Shown here one piece after another: positions 47,749 through 58,129 of a stretch of DNA of 64,000 bases. Within the stretch, counting starts at the first letter, position 1; the number at the start of each line of letters is the position of its first letter. The stretch is from Candidatus Saccharimonadota bacterium. GTDB lineage: Bacteria; Patescibacteriota; Saccharimonadia; Saccharimonadales; AWTP1-31. The position numbers and the translations under genes were made by a program. The DNA lies in NCBI GenBank assembly GCA_003962975.1, contig RXKC01000007.1:26711-90710 (forward strand), in the 5' to 3' direction. The notes beneath the pieces were generated by a model. That model was given only the letters and a program-made list of their open reading frames with translations, did no database searches and was not told the DNA's origin.

Positions 47749-47762
47749 CCGAAGATTCCTGC

Positions 47763-48359
47763 TTAGGCGACTTCACCAAGAGCAATGCGGCTAAAGCGAC
47801 GAACAACGACGTTTTCACCAAGTCGTGCGTTAGCATCTTTCACAAGATCACCGACGGTTTGATCAGGATTCTTAATGAAAGGCTGATCGAGTAAACACAG
47901 CTCTGCAAAGTGTTTCTTCAACATACCCTCAACGATATTGTCGAGCATAATTTCTGGCTTACCTTCGGCTTTTGCTTTATCGGTAAACTCAGCCTTTTTA
48001 GCATCACGATCTGCTTCTGGGATGTCGTCAGCACTTACGTAGGCTGGTGAGCTGGCTGCAATGTGCATAGCAACATCTTTTACGAGTTCAGTGAAGCCTT
48101 CGGTTCGGGCTACAAAGTCAGTTTCACAGTTTACTTCTACGAGTACACCTATGCGGTTATCGTGATTGTAAGTACCGACAATGCCCTGTCGAGCCTCGCG
48201 CTCGCCACGCTTCTCGGCCTTGGTAAGACCTTTTTTGCGCATTGCCTCTAGGGCTTTATCAAAGTCACCATCAGCTTCTTCTAGGGCTTTCTTAGCATCG
48301 GTAAGACCAACACCACTGAGAGCTTTTAGTCGCTTAATGTCGTCAATAGATACCTGCAT
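47763..48359 (-). CDS. tsf: Elongation factor Ts (short form)
   Basis: N-terminal UBA-like LKALSGVGLTDAKKAL and a dimerisation core. 198 aa. Confidence 0.85.
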   Translation of the reverse strand: MQVSIDDIKRLKALSGVGLTDAKKALEEADGDFDKALEAMRKKGLTKAEKRGEREARQGIVGTYNHDNRIGVLVEVNCETDFVARTEGFTELVKDVAMHIAASSPAYVSADDIPEADRDAKKAEFTDKAKAEGKPEIMLDNIVEGMLKKHFAELCLLDQPFIKNPDQTVGDLVKDANARLGENVVVRRFSRIALGEVA

Positions 48360-49093
48360 TATTTGTCCCCTTCTGTTTTATCAGCAGTTTTAGGTGCTGC
48401 TTTCTGCTTGCTCTTACCTTCCGCAATAGCGTCTTTTACATAGCTAATGATCAGCTCAAGTGTCTTAATTGCATCGTCGTTAGCAGGGATAACAAAGTCG
48501 ATATCAGTAGGGTCAACATTTGTGTCAGCGATAGCAATGGTCTTAAGACCAAGCTTTTTAGCTTCACGTAGTGCGTTAGCTTCGTTGATAACATCAACAA
48601 CAAAGACTACACCAGGTTTGTCAGCCAATTCTTTAATACCACCGTACTGGAAGTTCATCAGATCAATCTCTTCCTGGAATCGCTGGATCTCAAGCTTGTT
48701 GTACTTGCTATCAAAGTAGCCGCTGGCCATTTTGGTTTCAAGATCTTTAAGGTGCTTGATACGCTCGCCCATGGTCTGTTTGTTGGTTAGCATACCGCCC
48801 AGCCAACGCTCAGTTACATATGGCATGTTTGTTTCAAGAGCAGCGGCTTTTACGAGGTCTTTGGCTTGGCGTTTTGTACCAACAAAGAGGACCTGTTTGC
48901 CAGCAGCAACAGTCTTAGCAATAAAGGCTTGGGCATCTTCGATACCCTCAACCGTCTTAGTCAGGTCGATGATATGAGTACCTTCACGCCTTGAGTGAAT
49001 GTACTGAGCCATTTTAGGGTGCCAACGGCTAGTCTTATGACCAAAATGCGCACCAGCACTTAATAGTTGTTTGATGTCGACTTCTGTCGCCAT
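48359..49093 (-). CDS. rpsB: 30S ribosomal protein S2
   Basis: LLSAGAHFGHKTSRWHPKM signature. Shine-Dalgarno AGAAAGGA 8 nt upstream. Confidence 0.9.
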   Translation of the reverse strand: MATEVDIKQLLSAGAHFGHKTSRWHPKMAQYIHSRREGTHIIDLTKTVEGIEDAQAFIAKTVAAGKQVLFVGTKRQAKDLVKAAALETNMPYVTERWLGGMLTNKQTMGERIKHLKDLETKMASGYFDSKYNKLEIQRFQEEIDLMNFQYGGIKELADKPGVVFVVDVINEANALREAKKLGLKTIAIADTNVDPTDIDFVIPANDDAIKTLELIISYVKDAIAEGKSKQKAAPKTADKTEGDK

Positions 49094-49228
49094 GAGTAAA
49101 TCCTTTCTCTTCGGTGGATAGCTGCCCGATTTGTCCTACATGGAGCAAATAAGGAGGATTTTCTAAACACCTGCTTAATGAATAGTGCTCATATAGTAAC
49201 AGGTAACCGAATTTCTTACAAGAGATAG

Positions 49229-49257
49229 TTGACTGAGTCACCCCTGATGTGTATAAT
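49229..49257 (+). promoter_or_regulatory. Sigma70 promoter TTGACT-N17-TATAAT for rpmE, near-leaderless
   Basis: TTGACTgagtcacccctgatgtgTATAAT. The -10 ends 12 nt before the rpmE ATG at 49270, and there is no Shine-Dalgarno. Confidence 0.6.
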
Positions 49258-49269
49258 CTGGCATTGACT

Positions 49270-49635
49270 ATGAAAAAAGATTTACACCCCAAGAACTATC
49301 GAATGGTTGTGTTTAAGGATCTCAACAACGGCGAGACTTTCCTTACCCGCTCAACTGTTGCGAGCGAAGAGACTATCAAGCACACTGACGGCAATGAATA
49401 CCCATTAGTAACCGTGCACATCAGCAGCGCTTCTCACCCCTTCTTCACTGGCCAAGAAAAAATGATCGATATCGAAGGTCGCGTTGACCGCTTCAAGGCA
49501 CGTAAAGACGCAGCCGAAGCTCGTAAAGAAGCTGCTATGAAAAAGGCAGCCAAAGTACGCACCAAGAAAACTGCTGACGTTGTTGAAACTCAGAAAATTG
49601 GCACACCAAGCGGATCAAACTCTCAGAAGCGTTAA
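49270..49635 (+). CDS. rpmE: 50S ribosomal protein L31, type B (no Zn-ribbon Cys) with a Lys/Ala-rich C-terminal extension
   Basis: [10 protein letters not shown]...HPFFTGQ. No CxxC motif, so type B. The track ORF start at 49249 lies inside the promoter, so the ATG at 49270 is preferred. Confidence 0.8.
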   Translation: MKKDLHPKNYRMVVFKDLNNGETFLTRSTVASEETIKHTDGNEYPLVTVHISSASHPFFTGQEKMIDIEGRVDRFKARKDAAEARKEAAMKKAAKVRTKKTADVVETQKIGTPSGSNSQKR

Positions 49636-49705
49636 CTACAGTCATTAAAAACGGTCGAAAGCATTGCTGCATTCGACCGTTTTTCTTTTATACTAGGAAT
49701 CATCT

Positions 49706-50764
49706 ATGAATAAAGAACAAGCACTCCGCGACGAATTAGCTCAACTGCAAACCGAGTTAGAAGACCCGGCCATTTTTAGTTCGTCCCGCTACCCCAAGCT
49801 TGCCAAGAGACAGAGTGAGCTCGAAAAAACGCTCGGTCTTTTTGATACCATTGCAAAACTGACAAGCCAAGAAGCAGAAGCACAAGAACTCAGCCAAGAT
49901 AGCGATGTCGAAATATCCACCATGGCTAAAGACGAATTGGCGACAATCGCTGAGCAAAAAACACAAGCTCAGGCGGAACTCGCTGAACTACTGACGCCAC
50001 GAGACCCTAATGACGAACGCGACGCCATTGTCGAAATTCGGGGCGCTGCCGGTGGCGACGAAGCTAGCCTGTTTGCAGGCGACTTGTTTCGTATGTACTC
50101 TCGCTGGTGCGAGGCAAAAAACCTGAAAGTTGAACTGATCAATGAAAGCCCAAGCGAAGTTGGCGGCTTTAAAGAAGTTATTTTTGCCGTACGAGGTATT
50201 GAAGTCTTCAAAGTACTTAAGTTCGAAGCTGGTGTACACCGCGTGCAACGCGTTCCAAGCACCGAAAGCCAAGGCCGAATACACACGAGTACCGTCACCG
50301 TGTCCGTGCTGCCCGAGGCGGAAGAAACAGATGTAGAGATCAATCCCAGTGATCTGCGTATTGATGTCTACCGCAGTAGTGGGCATGGCGGTCAGAGTGT
50401 TAACACGACCGACTCCGCAGTACGTATTACTCACATTCCGTCTGGTCTGGTCGTAACCTGCCAGGACGAGAAATCGCAGATTAAGAATAAAGACAAGGCC
50501 ATGGGCGTGTTACGTTCACGTTTATTGCAGATTAAGATTGATGAAGAACAAAGTCGCCTTAGCGACGCACGCAAAAAGCTGATTGGTTCGGGTGATCGTA
50601 GCGAGAAAATTCGTACGTATAACTTTCCACAAGATCGCATCACTGACCACCGTATCGGTTATAGTCGCAGTAACATTCCTGGCGCATTAAGCGGTGACAT
50701 CGACGACATTATCGAAGCACTACAGACAGCCGAACAACAGATTATTAGCAATGAAAATAGCTGA
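49706..50764 (+). CDS. prfA: Peptide chain release factor 1
   Basis: PST (PxT) motif [13 protein letters not shown] and GGQ motif SGHGGQSVN. Ends with a TGA stop. Confidence 0.9.
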   Translation: MNKEQALRDELAQLQTELEDPAIFSSSRYPKLAKRQSELEKTLGLFDTIAKLTSQEAEAQELSQDSDVEISTMAKDELATIAEQKTQAQAELAELLTPRDPNDERDAIVEIRGAAGGDEASLFAGDLFRMYSRWCEAKNLKVELINESPSEVGGFKEVIFAVRGIEVFKVLKFEAGVHRVQRVPSTESQGRIHTSTVTVSVLPEAEETDVEINPSDLRIDVYRSSGHGGQSVNTTDSAVRITHIPSGLVVTCQDEKSQIKNKDKAMGVLRSRLLQIKIDEEQSRLSDARKKLIGSGDRSEKIRTYNFPQDRITDHRIGYSRSNIPGALSGDIDDIIEALQTAEQQIISNENS

Positions 50765-51593
50765 TTGGCTGCACAGCAGTACCCTTTTTCTTACCAGGCA
50801 CGACATTCCGACAGCACGCCTTGACTGCCTGGTCTTGCTAGCAGATGCATTAGAAGAAGACAAAGCATATGTACTAGCCCGCCCAGAGCTAGAGCTGACT
50901 GACGTACAAGTGGCACAACTCAAAAAGCAACTCATTCAGAGGAGTCAGCATATTCCACTTGCCTACATTCGTGGCAGAACTGAGTTTTATGGCCGCGAGT
51001 TTAGTATCAACAAGCACGTGCTCGAACCTCGACCAGAGTCAGAAACCATGATTGAACAAGCCCTCACACTGCTCAGTTCACTACCTGGAGCAAACGTTAT
51101 TGATATCGGTACCGGCTCTGGTGCTCTGGCCATTACCGTTAAATTAGAAGCTCCTCGAGCAAATGTACATGCAGTCGACATCGACCCAAACTGCCTAGAT
51201 GTCGCCAAGCAAAATGCCAGCCTACATAGAGCCGACATATCTTTCTGTCAGGGTGATCTATTCGCGCCTTTTAGCGCAAAGATTTTAGCCAATACAGTCG
51301 TACTAGCTAACCTGCCTTACGTACCGGAAACTCACACTATTAATCAAGCTGCCGCTAATGAACCGAAGTTGGCAATCTTTGGCGGTACAGATGGGTTGGA
51401 CCTGTACCGCACAATGTTTGCTCAGTTTCAAAAAGCCGAGTCTTTGCCTGCTGCCGTACTCACCGAATCGCTTCCGTTTCAACACCAGTCTCTAGAACGG
51501 ATTGCGGCTGATAATGGCTATAGACTAGAGAATACGTCAGACTTTATTCAAGTTTTTACACCTTCTAGTCAGAAGGTGCAGCTTCAAGCGTAG
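50694..51593 (+). CDS. prmC: Release factor glutamine N5-methyltransferase PrmC/HemK (probable start at 50751)
   Basis: [12 protein letters not shown] motif I and NLPYVP (NPPY variant). Overlaps the prfA stop, the classic prfA-prmC pairing. Confidence 0.8.
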   Translation: MTSTTLSKHYRQPNNRLLAMKIADWLHSSTLFLTRHDIPTARLDCLVLLADALEEDKAYVLARPELELTDVQVAQLKKQLIQRSQHIPLAYIRGRTEFYGREFSINKHVLEPRPESETMIEQALTLLSSLPGANVIDIGTGSGALAITVKLEAPRANVHAVDIDPNCLDVAKQNASLHRADISFCQGDLFAPFSAKILANTVVLANLPYVPETHTINQAAANEPKLAIFGGTDGLDLYRTMFAQFQKAESLPAAVLTESLPFQHQSLERIAADNGYRLENTSDFIQVFTPSSQKVQLQA

Positions 51594-52848
51594 CAGATAG
51601 TTTCTGTTCTTTGCCGTCACGAATAATGGTAAGTGTCACCTTATCGCCAACGGCATGTTTACCTAATATGGAAGCCAAGCTATTCTTTTCATCTATGGCC
51701 ACATCATTAATTTTCGTAATGATGTCTTCGACTTCCAGGCCAGCTTTTTCTGCAGGACTGTTTGGCAATACAACTGCTGAGTCTGCATCTGGCGCCAGGT
51801 AAGCCCCTCGCTTAACACTCAGTTCATACTGGTAGGCAATGTCATCAGTCAGGCCAACATAGCGGACACCGAGATATGGACGTAGTAACTTGCCTTCCTT
51901 TAAGACACTCTTGATCAGCCCTTGCATGTCATTTATAGGGATAGCAAAGCCAATGTTTTCAGCATCACCGGCTACGGCAGTATTAATGCCGATGACTTCT
52001 CCGTTGGTATTTACCAATGGTCCTCCCGAGTTGCCTTGGTTAATGGCAGTATCCGTCTGGAAGAGATTCTGCAGTGTTTCAGGATTTGTTCCACTCTGGT
52101 CAGTTGCCTCGAGATCACGGCCGAATCCTGAGATAATCCCGCTGGTAACAGTATTTTGAAATTGTCCGAGAGCGTTACCAATGGCGACCACTTTATCGCC
52201 TACTTTGGTTTTGCTTGAATCACCGAGTTTTGCGGCCGTCAGAGATTTGCCTTTGCGATCGTTGATCTTTAGAAAAGCTATGTCCAGTGGATCACTGGCT
52301 GCAGTACGCCCAATTACAGATACGTCTTCAAGGCTAGTGCCGTCAGATAAAGTTATGCTGACAGTGTCTGTGCCGACCGGTACAACGTGCCTGTTAGTAA
52401 TGATGATGCCTTCTTCACTAATAATGACCCCGGTACCGGCACCTCTCTGCTGTAGCGATTCACCAAAGAAACTGCGGGCACCAGAATTAGTAACTACGTT
52501 CACCGAAACTACACTTGGACCAACTGTGGTCGCAATTTCGTTAATAAGCTGACTTTCGCTGGCGATTATTTGCTGCTTTGCTTCTGGAGTAGTTATATTC
52601 TGTACTCCGCCGCTGCGGCTTCCGAACCACCCGCCTACAAATCCCAGACTCAGGCAAGCGAGCAACAATAATGCAGTCTTAGAAAAAGCGGGCATACTTG
52701 GGCGTGGTAGGGACTTCTTAAACGCAGGTCTTGTCGGCTTGAAGCGGGTAGCAGATTGCGTTTTAGGCTGCCGTGCTTCTGTAGATTGTGACGCAACTGG
52801 CTGATGCTGCAGGCTTGGTTCTATAGGTTGTTCTTTATCCATGTCCAC
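51565..52848 (-). CDS. htrA: HtrA/DegP-family serine protease with PDZ domain
   Basis: Catalytic triad regions (TNRHVV, D, GNSGGPLVN), a C-terminal PDZ and an N-terminal TM anchor. Confidence 0.8.
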   Translation of the reverse strand: MDMDKEQPIEPSLQHQPVASQSTEARQPKTQSATRFKPTRPAFKKSLPRPSMPAFSKTALLLLACLSLGFVGGWFGSRSGGVQNITTPEAKQQIIASESQLINEIATTVGPSVVSVNVVTNSGARSFFGESLQQRGAGTGVIISEEGIIITNRHVVPVGTDTVSITLSDGTSLEDVSVIGRTAASDPLDIAFLKINDRKGKSLTAAKLGDSSKTKVGDKVVAIGNALGQFQNTVTSGIISGFGRDLEATDQSGTNPETLQNLFQTDTAINQGNSGGPLVNTNGEVIGINTAVAGDAENIGFAIPINDMQGLIKSVLKEGKLLRPYLGVRYVGLTDDIAYQYELSVKRGAYLAPDADSAVVLPNSPAEKAGLEVEDIITKINDVAIDEKNSLASILGKHAVGDKVTLTIIRDGKEQKLSATLEAAPSD

Positions 52849-52858
52849 CTTATTTTGC

Positions 52859-53698
52859 TTAGATTGTTTTATCGCCCCAGTCTGACAATGTCAGCACAAT
52901 GAGTACTACTGCGAATACGACAAATACCAGCTGACGTCGTAGGAGCAGTGACATACGGTCAGATTTTTCTAGATAGTAGATACCACCCAGCCCGAAGCTA
53001 ATAACAGATAGCAGCAATGCCGGTTGCGCAACTGAGCCATAAAACAGTAGCCAGTGGCCAAGAATCCACATCATGGCTGCGGCGAAGTATGACCAAACGA
53101 GAGCTAGAAAACGAGTCATTGCCTCTTCAAAGCTGGCAAAAAAGTGTCGCGCAGACATGTATGCAATCACCCAAGCACCAGCCACCAAAACAAACAACGG
53201 TGAGCTACCCCAAGCAATAAGTATGGCAACCAGACCAACAGATTGAGCTACTAACGCTTGCAGCGCAATGCCAAACTGTGAAGCCTGAGGCTTAAGTACC
53301 ACCAGCCAGACGCCGTACAAGACTGCCCACAAGAGCTGGAACAGCTGTGTATCGCTGTGAATCATAAAGACCAGCATAGATAGACCAAAGATCACATCAA
53401 CGGCGTTGGCACGGATACTGGCTGGCCAGTGTCGTGGCTTTACGGCGAACATTCTCCATTTACTGAGCAGAATAAGACTAATCCCTATTTGCAGTTGGAA
53501 AAAGCGCAGCCGTACCAGCACGAATAATAGTGCCGGAAGAAGGCAAACAAGCATGATATGTATAACATGCGAAAAGCCAGCAGCAGGTTTGATCTTTGCG
53601 GTTATTTGTCCCATTTCAGTACCTCTCATTATAACAAACAAGCTTAAGTCTTGCTGAAGATTCATCATAAGCATTGGCGTGTTGGCAGCTCTGATCAA
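52859..53698 (-). CDS. Polytopic membrane protein, function unknown
   Basis: 279 aa with 7-8 predicted TM helices. No motif recognised. Confidence 0.4.
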   Translation of the reverse strand: MIRAANTPMLMMNLQQDLSLFVIMRGTEMGQITAKIKPAAGFSHVIHIMLVCLLPALLFVLVRLRFFQLQIGISLILLSKWRMFAVKPRHWPASIRANAVDVIFGLSMLVFMIHSDTQLFQLLWAVLYGVWLVVLKPQASQFGIALQALVAQSVGLVAILIAWGSSPLFVLVAGAWVIAYMSARHFFASFEEAMTRFLALVWSYFAAAMMWILGHWLLFYGSVAQPALLLSVISFGLGGIYYLEKSDRMSLLLRRQLVFVVFAVVLIVLTLSDWGDKTI

Positions 53699-53718
53699 TT
53701 CAAGTATAGTGAGGGCTT

Positions 53719-54435
53719 ATGGACGATGAATCGCAAGGCCCAAAACCCGTAATTGTTGATGCTACTGCACCTGTCGAGCAGCCCGACACACAGCAATCAG
53801 CAGACCCTAATGCGACCACTAACAGTGTCGAAACTGAGGCGCCTGCCCCTGAAAGTGAAGAAGAACAAAACAAAAAAGAAGGTATCAAAGGTATTTTTTC
53901 TACGATCGCAATTCTTGTGATTGCACCGCTGATTGCCCTCTCTCTTACTCTGTTTGTTTTTCAATCATATGAGGTTGATGGCCCAAGTATGGAAACAACT
54001 CTCCAGGATAATGATCGTCTTATTGTCTATAAACTGCCAAAAACCGTAGCTCGTCTGACAGGACGTGATTACTTACCAAAACGCACCGATATTATTATAT
54101 TCACTCGTAACGAAGGGATGGGTTCACGACAGCTCGTCAAAAGAGTCATCGCCCTCCCCGGTGAACGCGTGGTACTGAAAAACGGTGTAATGACCGTGTA
54201 CAATAATAAAAAACCAGAGGGCTTCCAGCCTGATAAGGTCTTCCCGTACGGTAAGGTCATAACTACGACTGCTGGCGATGTTGATGTAGTTGTACCTGAA
54301 GATAGCGTGTTTGTATGTGGGGACAACCGTCCTCAATCACTCGATTCAAGAGCGTTTGGACCAGTCCCACTCAAAGATATAACGGGTAAGCTCTCGCTAC
54401 GTGTATATCCATTCGGTAATGGACAAAAGTTTTAG
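53719..54435 (+). CDS. lepB: Signal peptidase I
   Basis: GPSMETTL (Ser), KRVIALPGE (Lys box) and GDNRPQSLDSR motifs. Confidence 0.85.
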   Translation: MDDESQGPKPVIVDATAPVEQPDTQQSADPNATTNSVETEAPAPESEEEQNKKEGIKGIFSTIAILVIAPLIALSLTLFVFQSYEVDGPSMETTLQDNDRLIVYKLPKTVARLTGRDYLPKRTDIIIFTRNEGMGSRQLVKRVIALPGERVVLKNGVMTVYNNKKPEGFQPDKVFPYGKVITTTAGDVDVVVPEDSVFVCGDNRPQSLDSRAFGPVPLKDITGKLSLRVYPFGNGQKF

Positions 54436-54461
54436 CCAGCCAACCATTGCCTGACTGACTA

Positions 54462-55316
54462 CTATTTTGATATCAGTTTGAGAATGCGTTTTAGATCAGC
54501 GTCACTCTTGAACACAATTTCCAACTTACCGCCCTTGGCCATTCGTTTTAATGTCACCGGTGTTTTGAGTGTATCTGATAATTTTTTGGTCTGAGGAGAC
54601 GTCGTTGCTACTCGTTTAGTAGCTGAACCTACGCTGGTCGCCCCTTCCCGGTGTGCAACCACATAGCGTTCTGCCTGACGCACTGACCAGCCATTCTTAA
54701 TAATCTGCTCTAGCAACTTGAGTTGATCTTTTTCGTCGGCAAGTGCCAGCACAGTACGAGCATGACCTTCGGTTATCTTTTTATCACGCAGTGCCTGCTT
54801 GACTGCTTCGGGCAGCTGCATCAAGCGAGCAGTATTGCGAACCGTTGTAGATGCTTTACCCAAGCGCAAACCAATTACATCGAAATCAAGATTAAACTGC
54901 TCGTTCAAGGCTACAATTGAAGCCGCTTGCTCAAGTGGCGATAAGTTGACACGCTGGACGTTCTCAACAAGGGCCAACTCGACTCGCTGCAACTGCTCTA
55001 GCGTACGCACCACTACTGGTACAGATGTCAGCCCGGCCAGTTTTGCTGCCCGCCAACGCCGTTCGCCAGCAATAATATAGTACTTGTCACCATTTGGCGT
55101 AACCACCAGGGGTTGCAGAATGCCGTGCTCTTTTATAGATTGCGCTAAGCCTTTGAGTTCTTCTTCATCGAAGTTAACACGGGGTTGTTCTGGATTTGCA
55201 AGCAGCTCGGTTACTGCTATTTTTTGTAGACGTTCACCTTCGTTAACAAGCAGAGATGTGTCGAAGTTTTGTGGAATAAGAGAATCAAAGCCCCTACCTA
55301 ATTTATTTGCCGACAC
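54462..55316 (-). CDS. parB: Chromosome partitioning protein ParB/Spo0J
   Basis: GERRWRAAKLAGL ParB box and an HTH. 284 aa. Confidence 0.85.
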   Translation of the reverse strand: MSANKLGRGFDSLIPQNFDTSLLVNEGERLQKIAVTELLANPEQPRVNFDEEELKGLAQSIKEHGILQPLVVTPNGDKYYIIAGERRWRAAKLAGLTSVPVVVRTLEQLQRVELALVENVQRVNLSPLEQAASIVALNEQFNLDFDVIGLRLGKASTTVRNTARLMQLPEAVKQALRDKKITEGHARTVLALADEKDQLKLLEQIIKNGWSVRQAERYVVAHREGATSVGSATKRVATTSPQTKKLSDTLKTPVTLKRMAKGGKLEIVFKSDADLKRILKLISK

Positions 55317-56193
55317 GATCTTCTACCTCCTTAGCTAAACTCTTGTAACTTCTCGCACCTTTTGACCATTTATCATGCTCCATGATCGATTTACCAAAAC
55401 TTGGTGCTTCTGCAAGTCGAACATTACGCGGCACAATAGTTTTCATAAGTTTATCTTTGAAGTGTTTCTTGAGCTCATCCACAACCTGGTCTGATAAAGA
55501 AGTGCGGCTGTCGTGCATGGTTACGACAATGCCTAGTAACTCGAGCTGTGGGTTCAAACCCTGTCTTACTCGTTGCATAACATCGAGCAACTGGCCCAGA
55601 CCTTCAAGCGCATAATACTCTGCCTGCACTGGCACAAGTATATAATTTGCCGCTGACATGGCGTTGATGCTCAAGAGCCCCAAAGAAGGCGGACAATCAA
55701 TAAGTATGTAATCATACTCGAGGTGAGCAATTGCATTCCTGAGCTTGTATTCGCGCTGCAGTTCTCCAGCCAAATCAACCTCTGCAGCAGCTAATTGTGC
55801 ATTGGCAGGCAAGATATGAAGCCCTGCCACAGCAGTGTCCTTAATTATCTGTTCACTCTTAGCATTGCCAAACAACGTATCGTACACCGTGCTGTCTAAA
55901 GTCTGCTTATCGATCCCTACTCCGCTTGTAGCATTACCCTGTGGATCGAGGTCAACCAACAAAACTTTTTTTCCTCGTTTGGCTAAGTAGGCGCCAATAT
56001 TAATAGTAGACGTAGTTTTACCTACGCCACCCTTCTGGTTGAGTACCGCTATGATTCTACCCATATGAATGTATCTATTTAAACATAAGCTTCTGCTATG
56101 TACCACCCCAGTTCCGCTGCAATGCCTATTCGCGGCGAAGGGCGTCGATAGGGCTAATCTTTTGCGCTCGGCGCGCTGGGAAGTAAGCCACAA
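55303..56193 (-). CDS. parA: Chromosome partitioning ATPase ParA/Soj (likely start at internal Met, 56064)
   Basis: Deviant Walker A NQKGGVGKTT. The called N-terminal 43 aa overlap the ABC permease gene, so an internal start is preferred. Confidence 0.85.
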   Translation of the reverse strand: MWLTSQRAERKRLALSTPFAANRHCSGTGVVHSRSLCLNRYIHMGRIIAVLNQKGGVGKTTSTINIGAYLAKRGKKVLLVDLDPQGNATSGVGIDKQTLDSTVYDTLFGNAKSEQIIKDTAVAGLHILPANAQLAAAEVDLAGELQREYKLRNAIAHLEYDYILIDCPPSLGLLSINAMSAANYILVPVQAEYYALEGLGQLLDVMQRVRQGLNPQLELLGIVVTMHDSRTSLSDQVVDELKKHFKDKLMKTIVPRNVRLAEAPSFGKSIMEHDKWSKGARSYKSLAKEVEDRVGK

Positions 56194-57352
56194 TTAAACC
56201 AACGATCAGCATGAAAGCTGTCAGCGCCGCTATGAGCCAAAGTGGCAGCGAGAATATTTCGAAGCGCTCGTTTACTCTTTGGGCAGCATTCTGATTAACT
56301 AGTTCGTTAATGACTCGACTAGCAATGAATGAACCAAACATACCAATGAATACACCGATAAGGGACAAGAGGACTGCTTCAATCATAAACAAGCGGCGCA
56401 TGTCACGTTTACGACCACCTAGGGTTATCATCAAACCAATCTCCTTTGTTCTTTCGAGCAAAGATATAGTCAAAGTGTTAAACATACCGAGAATAGCTAC
56501 GATAATACCAATACCACCGAATCCTGCCAGAATAATATTAAAGAACTTAAATAACTGATTTATTTGTTCAAGGGTATCAATGGGAGAGTTGGTTAGAAAG
56601 CCATTGGACTCAATTTGTTTTCGAAGTGTAGGAATATTACTGGTGTCATCAATGGTTACTTTAACTTGTTTATAAGTCGGAACACCCGCAACATCAAAGA
56701 CTGCACTTGGCACAAATATCTCGTTATTCTGGTCAGAATCGATGACGCCAACAACTTTAAAGGTATCCCGTAATTCATCCGCTTCACTGTCTGCCAATTG
56801 CAACGGCACCACTATCTCGATCTCTTGGCCCACAGCCTTCTTCGGGTCAGTTACACCAATGCCGCGCAAAGCCGACAGGCTAACAAGCGCAGATCGATTA
56901 TCGTTTTTTTGCAACAGCCGTCCTTCGAGTAAATTAAGTGTCGTTAAATCCTGGAAAGTCTGATCGACGCCGTAAATAACCGAATCGATTCCCCCGCCCT
57001 TAAGGGCCACACTCGAGGGGAACGAGTACTCTACGCCCACCTTTTCAATGTGCGGGAACCGACGAATTTTATTAACTGCCGTATCGTTGAGCTTGATAAT
57101 TTTAGAGTTTGGACTGGTTATTTCGATGGTCTTGATCGACTTATCGCCTATCACGTTATCGGTGACCAGCTTCTGTAAACCAAGCCCGAAAGAAATGAGG
57201 AAGGCAATCGATCCGATCCCCACCACAATGCCTGCGATTGTCAGGAATGATCTAAGCTTCTTGCTCGTTAAGTTCCGCCAGGCCATGTAAAACAGGGTGT
57301 TCAGATGAATCTTTGGCCGTTTTTTAATAGTATCGTCTTCTTGATTACGCAT
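56126..57352 (-). CDS. ABC transporter permease, FtsX/MacB-like
   Basis: N-terminal TM helix, extracytoplasmic domain, C-terminal FtsX 3-TM bundle. 8-nt overlap with the ATPase gene. Confidence 0.75.
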   Translation of the reverse strand: MRNQEDDTIKKRPKIHLNTLFYMAWRNLTSKKLRSFLTIAGIVVGIGSIAFLISFGLGLQKLVTDNVIGDKSIKTIEITSPNSKIIKLNDTAVNKIRRFPHIEKVGVEYSFPSSVALKGGGIDSVIYGVDQTFQDLTTLNLLEGRLLQKNDNRSALVSLSALRGIGVTDPKKAVGQEIEIVVPLQLADSEADELRDTFKVVGVIDSDQNNEIFVPSAVFDVAGVPTYKQVKVTIDDTSNIPTLRKQIESNGFLTNSPIDTLEQINQLFKFFNIILAGFGGIGIIVAILGMFNTLTISLLERTKEIGLMITLGGRKRDMRRLFMIEAVLLSLIGVFIGMFGSFIASRVINELVNQNAAQRVNERFEIFSLPLWLIAALTAFMLIVGLIVAYFPARRAQKISPIDALRRE

Positions 57353-58127
57353 CTTGTTTCTTCCTTGCTAGATGGTCTATACGAGCCTTCATCTGATTAA
57401 GCAATGTTTCCGTAGTCTCGCTAATATCGCCACTTTGCATCTGCTGGCATTGCCCGTCCTGGATGTGCACCAGTTGGTCTGCAAGTGGCAAATACTCCAT
57501 ATTATGTGTCACCAGAATGATCGTACGATTAAGGTCTCGCTGATAGCTTTCAAGCAGAGCCATAATCATGTCACCATTCTTGCTATCCAGACTTCCCGTT
57601 GGTTCGTCGGTAATGATTACCGATGGATCATTTACAATAGCGCGAGCCATGGCAATACGCTGTTGCTCACCACCAGATAGCATGAGTGGACTTTTCTTGG
57701 CAAAAGGTGCCATGTCTACTCGTTGCAGCGCGTCCATAGCTTTTTTGGCCGCTGCAGCACGGTTATAGCCCAAAAAGAACAGTGGAATCGACACATTTTC
57801 GATGACATTAAGGCTATTCACCCAATAGTTCTGCTGGTAGACCACCCCTATACTTTTTGCCCTAAAGTAGGCTAGTTGTTCGGCGGAATACTTGTATATA
57901 TCTCTACCGTCGTATGTAACCTGCCCACCACTGGGAACCTGGATACCACTCAGGACATTGAGAAGGGTTGATTTACCCGACCCTGAAGGGCCATAGATAA
58001 TGTTGAAGGAGTTCTTTTTGATTGTGAAACTACTTGGATGAAGTACTTTGAGCATCTCTTCTCCAATCTTGAAAGATTGCTCCAGGTTGCTAACACGAAT
58101 AAGAATTTGCCCACCCTCGTCTTGCAT
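57345..58127 (-). CDS. ABC transporter ATP-binding protein (MacB-like)
   Basis: [24 protein letters not shown] motifs. 4-nt overlap with the 3' end of the giant surface-protein gene. Confidence 0.85.
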   Translation of the reverse strand: MQDEGGQILIRVSNLEQSFKIGEEMLKVLHPSSFTIKKNSFNIIYGPSGSGKSTLLNVLSGIQVPSGGQVTYDGRDIYKYSAEQLAYFRAKSIGVVYQQNYWVNSLNVIENVSIPLFFLGYNRAAAAKKAMDALQRVDMAPFAKKSPLMLSGGEQQRIAMARAIVNDPSVIITDEPTGSLDSKNGDMIMALLESYQRDLNRTIILVTHNMEYLPLADQLVHIQDGQCQQMQSGDISETTETLLNQMKARIDHLARKKQDA

Positions 58128-58129
58128 AC

